Assembly: GCA_040081625.1 (NCBI GenBank)
Contig: JBEBGD010000087.1
Coordinates: forward strand, 1 to 23,840
DNA: 23,840 bases
From: Chthoniobacteraceae bacterium
GTDB lineage: Bacteria; Verrucomicrobiota; Verrucomicrobiia; Chthoniobacterales; Chthoniobacteraceae
Reading direction: 5' to 3'
Made by a program: the position numbers and the translations under genes. Below, one piece after another: positions 8,401 through 17,400 of this stretch (position 1 is its first letter; each line of letters begins with the position of its first letter). Under the pieces are notes generated by a model. It saw only the letters and a list, made by a program, of their open reading frames with translations, was not told the origin of the DNA and ran no database searches.

Positions 8401-11400
8401 ATGTTGCTCACCGCGGAGCCGGCGCCCGACTCGATCTGGAAGTTGCCGAACACATCCACTGCTCCCGATCCCAACGGCGCGAGGTTGAAGCCCTGCTGGA
8501 TGTTCACCTGCGAGACGGTGAAGTTGCCCGCGACATCGCGCACGCGGCTGATCGTCGTGCCGCCCGTGTAGTTGTTGCTGATGTTGATGACCACCGTGCC
8601 GTTGCCCGCGAGCGCGTTGGGCTTGCCGAAGAGCGCCTTGGTTGCGCCGGTCAGGATGTTTTGCGTCGTGCTTAGTGTCAGCGTGTTGCCACCGCCGCCG
8701 AGCCGGTAGGTGCTGTCCGCACCGACGGTCAATGCCGCCTGATAGGTCCCGCCCGAGGTGGAGCCGAGGAACCAGTTGCCATCGTAGAGCGTTCCCATGT
8801 TGATCGGGTTCACGTTGGTCACGGTCGTGTCGATCGCCAGCAGGCCGCCATTGCCCGCGGCCGTGGTGATCCTTGAGGCATCGAGGAAGCTCGTCGCCGC
8901 GAGTCCGTTGAAGCGGATCGCAATGCCGGCGAGCGCGGTCGAGTTGCTGTGGAAGTTTGCGACCTGCAGGTTCGAGGTCACGTTCGCCGCGTTGAATACG
9001 CCCAGCACGCCGGCCGGCGAGATGCGGATCGCGCCGGTGCCGAACGTGTCGGTCGCGGTGATCGCGCGCACCTGCCCCTGGAAGATATCGAGCCCGCCGG
9101 TGAAGTTGTTCGCGCCGCCGCTGTTGAAAATCAGCGCGTTGTTGCCGGTCTTGTAGATGTGGCCGGAGCCGCTGATCGAGTCGCCGCCCGCGGCGTTGCC
9201 GAGCTGGAAGCTCGTGCTGGCGAGATTGAAGGTCGGGCTGTCGTGAATCACCGTTTTGCCCGCCCACACGCCGCCGGTCACAGTGCCGCTCGCGGTCTGG
9301 ATGTGGATGTTCGGGCTGTTTTGCGTCGTGAAGGTCGCGGTGTCGCCGCCGAGGATGAGCAGCGGCGTGTTCGCGCCGACGCGGTCGATCTGCACGACGG
9401 CCTGCCCGCGGATGGTGAGGCTGTTGCCGCTGTTCGACGCGAAGTTCGTGTTCGTCGTGTCCGAGATGAGCTGGAGCGTGCCGCCATTGATCACGATCCC
9501 GGCGGCGCTGCCCGTGCCTGCGATCGTCAGCGCGGTAGTCGCGGTGTCGTTGCGGAGCTGGAGCGTCCCGGCGTTGAGCGTGAGACCGCCGGTGAAGTCG
9601 TTCTGCGGGTTCGCGGCGTTCGTGTAGCGCAGGATGAGCGGGCCGTTGCCCGTCTTCACGACCGGCGCCGGGCCGGTCACGCGGCCCGAGAAGGTCACGT
9701 TGTTCGTGCCGTTGTTGTTGGTCACGCTGATGCCGATGCGCGCCGTGTTGCCCGGCAGGCCGAACGTCGTCACGCCGCTCGAGGTGAAGTCGAAGTCGTT
9801 GCCGTTGGTGAACGCGAGCACCGTGCCGTCGCTTCCGCCGCCTTCGATCGTCAGGTTGCCGCTCACCGTCAGGCCCTGGTTCGTCCCCGTCGTGCTCACG
9901 CGATCCACGTTGATAGTCGCGAACGGAACGAACTCCGAGATCGTGATGGATTGGTTGTAGGTAGCGGCGGTGTTGCTGAGCAGGTTGACCTGCGGCATCT
10001 GGTTGCCCGCGTTGTTGAAGTTGCCCGCGTGCAGGCGCAGATCGGTCGCGCTGCCCAGCGCTTGAGCGGCGCTGATGATGATGTCGGGCTGCCCGACGAC
10101 CGGATTCGGATTCGCCCCGCCGAGGACGAGCGTGCCGCCATTGACCTGGATGGTCCCCATCAGCGTTCCCGTGTTGTTCGCGGAGATCACCAGCGTGCCC
10201 GCGCCGGTCTTCACGAGATTCTGCGCCGTGACCGTGCCGCGCAGCACGACCGTCCCGGTGATGGCCCAAATATCAGCCTCCTGTGTGGTGGCGCCGTTCC
10301 GGAAGAGCAGCGGCGCATACACCGTCCCCGCATCCGTCACCGCGAGGCCACCGCTGCGGATGGTGATGCTGTTCGTCGTTGTCCGGTCGCCGATTTCGAC
10401 GTTCGTCTTCAACGCCCAGATATCGATCCCGGCGCCGATCGTCGTCGCGTCGGTCGTCACGTGATCGATGATCTCGGTGCCGTTGTTCGCGCCGCTGGCG
10501 TTGAAGGTCGCGGCGTTGACGGTCCTGAACGGCACGTCGCTGAACCCGAGCACGGTATTCGGCGCGTAGTCCACGAAGGTGTTCGCCGTGTTGCTGAAGA
10601 ATCTTGGCGGCACCATGCTGACGACGGTCCCGATGGCCGGTCCGCTCGCGACGACCTGCCGGGCGACTCCGCTCGCCGCGGCCTGCGCCGGCGTGCCGAA
10701 GACGATGCGCTGGCCGGCGTTCGTGCCGGGTTCACCGGAGACGCCGAGCTGGCCGGACGCGCTGCGGAATGCGAGCGTGCCGAGGTTCACGCGGGTCAGC
10801 GCGCCGTTGATGATGACGACCGAGTTGCCGCCCGTGCCGATCGATTCCGGGAAGATTTCCGCGCCGCCCTTGTAGGTGACCGCGCCGATGATCTCGGTGC
10901 TGAGCGAGCCGCTGGCGCTGCTCACGCGCAGCGTCGCGCCGTCGATGACGATCGGCTGGGTGTCGGCCCACTTGTTGGTGAAGCCGGTCGCGCTCGTGGT
11001 GCCGAGCGGCACGAGGAAGCTGGTCGCGTTGCTCGTGTTGTTGTTGTAGTCGAGTCGCAGTTCGCCACCGGGCCGGAGCACGACGTTGTTGACCTGCGCG
11101 CCCGCTGCGTTCGTGAAAGTGCCCGCGCCAGTCGCGAAGAGCCGGCCATAGACTTCGAGAGTCGGGCTCGCCAGCGTGCCGCGGAAATCGAGGAGTGCCG
11201 CCGATGCGCCGGCGGCGTTCGCGGCGCGGTGGATGAGCGTGTTGCCCGAATAATTCTGGCCGAGCTGCAGCCGGATCGAGGCGTTCGAGTTGCCGGGGTT
11301 TGCGCCGAGATCCGTGAGCGGGCGGCCCAGCTCCACAGTCGCGGTGCCGGTGAGGACGTTCGATTCCGTGAGCACCAGCGCGGCGCCGCTCGAACCGTAG

Positions 11401-14400
11401 AAGCGGAACACATTCCCGCTGCCGGCGCCGAGCGTCGATGGGATGTAGAGCGTCTCCACGCTGCGGCCCGTGGTGAGGCCCCACTGACCGTCGCCGATCT
11501 TCGACATGTCCAGCGCCGTCGTGTAGGTGCCGTCACCGGTCGCATTGAGGTGGCCGCCGTTGATGCCGAGTTGCAGGCTGCCGCGGCCGAGCGCGCGCAG
11601 GTTGTAGTCGGCGACCGGACGATCGCTCTGGATCACGAAGCCCGAGCTGCTGCCGGCCGACAGCACGCTGCTGAGCAGCCGCACGGTCTGGCCCGGCGCG
11701 AGGTTGCTGCTGTCGTTGAGGTTGATGATCGTATTCGTCTCCAGCACGATCGGCCCCGTGCCGGCGCGAGCCTCTTCGTTCGGGACGAAGGCATTGCCGG
11801 TGAAGCGAATCGGGTCGGTCGCGCGCGCGCCAAAGAAGAGGTTGCCGCCCACGACGACCGTGCCGCCCGAGTAGTTGTTGTTCGGGTTGTTGACGAAGAA
11901 GTTGCCGCCGCCCTGCTTGACGAGCGTGTAGCCCGCACCGTTGTCGGTCACCACGCCATCGAGGACGATTTCCTGGTTCCCGATGATGAGCGCGCTGTCG
12001 GTCAGCGTCGTGGTGCCCATGACCTTCGGCACGATCGTGTTCGCGTTGTTCACGGTGAACGAATTGCGGCCGAGCGTGAGCGTGTTCAGCTCGACGCTGA
12101 TGTTCGACTCGGAGGTGCTGAAACGGTCGGTGCTCAGCGTGCTGTTCGCGCCGGTGACGACGAGATGATAGCCACCGACCAGGACCTGCCCGCCGGTCGT
12201 ATTGTCGCCCGAGCTGCGTAGGTTCAGGACGCCGCCGCGCAGCGTGAAGGTGAGCCCCGCCGGGAGCGAGTTGCCTGTCGCGAACGGCGAGCCATTCGTC
12301 CCATCGGCGACGACCACGGTGAGCCCGCCCTGGTCGAGCAGGATCGAGCCGGCGAAGGTCGTCGCGTTGGCGTCGGCGCGTGTGTTGTCGAGCGTGAGCG
12401 TGCCGGCGCCGAGCTTCTGCAGCGTGCTGCCGCCGAGGCCGAGGAGTTGGCCGGAGTAGGTCGTGTTCGCGTTGTTCCTGCCGACGGTCAGGCGATTGCC
12501 GCCGAGATTGACCACCGCGCCGAAGCTGCCCGCGAGCGAACCGGCCTCGGTGTCGAAGCCGTTCAACTCGAGCGTGCCGTTTGCGCTGATCGTCAGGCCG
12601 GTCGCGAACTGCGCGCCGGCGAGCGTCCACCGGCCGAGCGCATTGGTCGCTCCCATCCGCAGCGTGCCGCGGTTCACGACGGTCGCGCCGCGGTAGTTGT
12701 TCGCGCCGCTCAGCACGAGCGTGCCGTCGCCGATCTTGTTCACCGACGCGGAGCCGATGAAGGTCAGGTTCACGTCGGTGTTGGTCGCCGTCGCATTCGC
12801 CGTGAGCTGGATCGAGGTCGGGCTCAGCACCGCGGCGATGAACGCGTTGACGCCGGTGCCGGTCACCTGCATCCCGGGAGCGAGCCGCCCCGTGTCGGGC
12901 AGGCCGGTGATGATCGACGAGCCGTTGTTCACGTTCGCCGCCGTGCGGACCTCCGGCAGCACCGCGCCGGTAATCGCCGAGCTGATCGCCGAAGTCGCCG
13001 CGCCAGCGACGTAGATGACGCCCTCGCTTTGGCCGAAATCGAGCACACCCGAGCTGATGCCGGCGCCGCCATTGAGGATGATGCCGCCGCTGGAATTTGC
13101 GCCTGTGGTGAACCCATCGCCCACGCGGAGTGTGAACGCGCCGAGGCTCAAGGTCGTCGCCGTCTTGAAAGCATAGACCGCGCGACTGGCCGTGAGCGGG
13201 CTGCCCGTGGTGACGTTGAACACCTGATTAACGAGCGCCGAGTCGATGCTCCCCGATCCGCTGTAGGTCGCGGTCACCAGACTCCCGCTCGCTCCGCCGC
13301 TCAGCGCCACGAAATCGCCCGCGCCGTTCGCGCTGCTGGTCGCGCGGACGATCCACGGGGGAAGGATGCCGTTCACCGGCGCGGGTCCGCTGCCGACGTT
13401 GAAGATCTCCTGCCCGGTATTGCCGGACGGGATGTAAGTCAGCGCGCCAATCCCCGCCCGCGTGAGCGACGCGACCGCGAACGTCGTCGTGAACGCGTCG
13501 TTCGGATCGTTGAGGATCAATTGCGCGCCGCCGATGATCGTCAGCGCGCCATTGGTCGTGGTGGTGCTGGCCCCCCGGCCGTTCAACTGGAGCGTCCCCT
13601 GGTTGAGGGTGATCGCGTTGGTGCTGTTGCCGAACGGGCTGCCGGAAGTCGCCTGCGCCTGGCCGATCAAGGTGCCGTTGTTCAGCACGACCGGCAGCGT
13701 GAAGGTGTTCCCCGTGCCCGTCGCCGGCGCGAAGATCACGCTGCCGCGCCCGAGGGCCGGCGTGCCCGCGATTGGGATCAGCACATTCCCGCTGCCGCTG
13801 CCGATGGTGACACTGCCGCCGACACCGCCGGAGATCGTGCCGGTGAAGCTCACATCCCCGCCCGGATCCGCGGTGAGGACGACGCCGGAATTGTTCGGGC
13901 TGCCCGTGTTCGGGTCGCCATTCGAGGTGATCACGATATTGCCCGAGAAGATCTTCGCGCCCGCATCGAAGCCGCCGAGCACCTGGGTGCCGCCGTTCGA
14001 GTTGAGTTCCACGGCCTTCGCCAGCGTGCGGTTGCCGGCGATGAGCACGCCGCCCGAAAGCGTCCCCGCGAATGAGAGCGTGCCGCTGCCGAAGGTATTC
14101 ACGATGCCGGTGGCGGCGCCGTTGGCGACGACGGTGCCCTGCGCGATGACGGTGTTGCCGGTCGAGATGTTCACGTTGCTAAGCGTGAGCGTGCCGATGC
14201 CCGCCTTGGTGAGGTTGAAATTCCCGGCGACGCCGCCGAACAGCTCGGTGCGCGCCGCGTTGACGGTAAGCGTGAAGTTCGCACCCATCGTGAGCTGACC
14301 GACGACTCGCAGGCTCGCGCCGAGCTGGCCGGTGACGGTGAGCCCGGTCTGCGTGCCGGCGTTCAAGTTCGGCACCAGGATGGGCGTGCCGGTGTAGGCG

Positions 14401-17400
14401 GCGATGCCCGTCGGCGCGATCGGCCCGACGTAAAGGGTCGCGGCACTGCCGGTGAGGTTGAAATCCGAAATCGTCGGGCCTGCCTGGAAGTTAAACAGCG
14501 TCGGCGTGCCGGCGTCCGAGCGCAGGCTCAGCGTGCCGCTCTGCAAGTTGACCGGCCCGAGCGAGACCGCATTCGGATTGGTCAGCACGAGCGTGCCGCC
14601 ATTGACCGTCGTCGTGCCGCCGTAGCTGCCCGGCTGCGTCATGATCACCGTGCCGCCGCCGGCCTTGGTGAAGTTCGCCACGCCCGTGCCAAACGGGAAC
14701 GTCTGGTCAACCGGCACCTCGAGTGTGACGAAGCCGCTGTTGACCGTGAAGGTCGTCGTCAGGTTGTTGTTCGGCGTCGCCGGCGCGGCGCTCAGCAGCG
14801 TGATGGGGCCGATCACACGCAGGTCGAAGCTGTTGGTGATGTTCGCCGTGAAGGTCGGCGCCGCGACGACGCTGCTGAAGTCCAGCGCGCCGATCTGCAC
14901 CCTGCCGTTCTGCCCGCCGCCGAGCGGATCGATAGTGATCGTCGAACTGGCGATGAAGCGGAAGGTGCGCCCGGCATACTGCGTGTCGGTGGTCGAGTGA
15001 TAGCCACTCGTGCGCAAGTTCAGCGTGCCGTTGGCGAGGGTGATCGGGTCCGTGCCGGTGCCTAGCGCGGCGTCCTGCCCGACGACCAGCGTGGTGCCGC
15101 TGCCCACGGTGACCGAGCCGGTGAAATCCTGCGGCTTGGGGATGAATACGACGCCGGTGATGCCGCGGGCCACGTTGTCGAAGGAGCCCGTCACGAGGCT
15201 GGTCAGGCCGGTGAGGACGTTCGCGCGCTCGATCGTGAGCGTGCCGCCGCCGCCGCCGAAGTGATAGATTTGACTGGCAGACGGCGCCAGGCTCGCGCCG
15301 GTGAAGGTGCCGTTCAGCGGCGTGGCGCCCAGCCATACGTCCACGAGGTTTGCGCTGCCCGAGTTCACCTTCCCGATCACGTCGAAGCTGCTCCGGATGC
15401 CATCGAGCACGATCGCCACCGGCCCCGGCGTCCCGATCAGCGGATCGCTATAGACGCGGATGAAGCCCAGCCCGGTATCCGACGGGGCGACGTTGATGTC
15501 GAAGTAATCGACGAATCCGAGGGCGTCCGGATTCGCATCGAATGCCGGGCCCCAGCCGAGCATCGGTGTCGCCGTGGCGGTGAAGTTATTGAGATAGACG
15601 CCCTGGTTGCTGCCTACGTTGGCGAGGCTCTCGATCCGCAGGATGCCGAAGGTGTTCGCCGTCACCGTCGTTCCGGGAAGGTTCGGGTCCTGCATCACGT
15701 AGATGTCGTTGCCGGCCGCGTTCGCCCCGAGCCGGCCAGTGGGCGTGAGGCGCAACGAGCCTTGCGCGACGATCGTGCCGCCCTCGTAGGTGCTGTTTGC
15801 CGTCGTGATATAGAGATCGCTCAGGCCGCTCTTGCTCAGTGCGCCGCTCACGATCGTGCCCGAGATGCGCTGCTGCTGCTGCGGCTGCGCGCCGGCGACG
15901 GTGATCACGCGCGGCGAGATGATGGTCGAATTGCTCAGGTCGATGAGGCCGCCGAGGTCGATGCCATCGGAGACCTGTGTGCGGCCAAGGCTGAGGTTTT
16001 CCCCGGCGAAGATCGTATTCATCACCGGCGCGTAAAACGCGCCCGATGCGCTGAGGCTGCCGCTCGATGCGAAGATGAGCGCCGAGCCGGCCGCTGTCGG
16101 GCTCCACAGGTCGAGGCTGCCCTGGTCGAGGGTGATGTCGGTCACCCCGGAGACACTGGTCCCGAGCAAGGCCAGCGCGCCAAGGCCGGACTTGACCAGG
16201 CTGCCGTTCATGATCGTCCCGGAGAGGGTCACGTAACCGTTGGCTGTATTGACCGTGATCGCCCGCGCACCGCCGGTGAGGTTGATGTTTCCCCGCAAGA
16301 CAAAGCCGCCCGTCCCGGTCGCGTCCACGAAGGCCACGTCGCTATTGAGGATGAGGTCGTTGATGATCTCGCGCCCGATGCCGCTGGACGAGGCAAGGAT
16401 CGGCGCGGTGGTCGAGCCGTTGACGGTGATCGCGCCGGTCGAGAGGGATCGATTGTCCCCGATGCGCAGCGTGCCGGCATTGAGGATCGTGCCGCCCGTG
16501 TAGGTGTTTGGGCCGTTGAGCACCGTCACGCCCGTGCCGGCATTCTCCACTGTCACCGCGCCACTTCCGTTGTTGGCGATGATCGAATTGATCGTCAGCA
16601 AGTTGGACGAGTTGTTGTGCAGGATCAGCTCGCCCGGCGTGTTGTCGGTGCCCCCGGCGGTCAGGATGCCGACATTCGCCGCCGTGGTGCCGATGGTCAG
16701 CGACCCCAGGCCGGTCCCCACAAGGACGCCGCCGACTGCGGCCAGGCGCAGCGTCCCGCCCGTGGTGCCGACCGTCGCCGCGGTGCTCAGGTTTTGATTG
16801 AGCGTATTGATGGTGGTGACCGTCGCCCCGAGCGAGACATTGCCGCTGCCGCCCGTCGTGTTGAGCCGCACATGCGACGTCGGTCCGTTGGCGATCACGC
16901 CGCCCTGCGCGAGGTCGATATAGCCGGTGTAAGCACCCACCACGCCGGCGTTCACCACGGCCCAATCGCTCCCGCCATGCGTCGCCCACGCACCGAGGAT
17001 TCCCGTTGCGTCGTTGGAGGCCGTGAGGTTCACGGTGGCGCTCGAGGGGAAGGCGACAGTCGCGGCCGTGGGCCGGGTCGAGAGTGCGCCGAGGTTCACC
17101 GTCACGCTGCCGCTGCCACCCGGCGCAGCGGTGAAGGCGGACCCGCCCGGCAGGAGCGTGAGGCCTTTGAAGGTCTGCGAGTTGGCGGTGCTGGCCTTGC
17201 CGGTGATAGCCAGCGTGCCGCCTCCCATGATCAGCGGCGAGTTCGCGCTGAGCAAGTTGAGGTTCGGCGTTTGGGTCTGGTTGAAGTTCAGCGTCAGCGT
17301 GCCCTGCTGGATCGTCGTCGTGCCGGTGTAGGTGCCGCCGGAACTGGTTCCCGACCGATCGATCGTCCACGTGCCTGCGCCGGTCTTGACCAGCGAGGTC

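Noticed and set aside
15869..15886. Short CAG run (QPQQQQ)
   Set aside because: Only four in-frame triplets, too short to imply instability.
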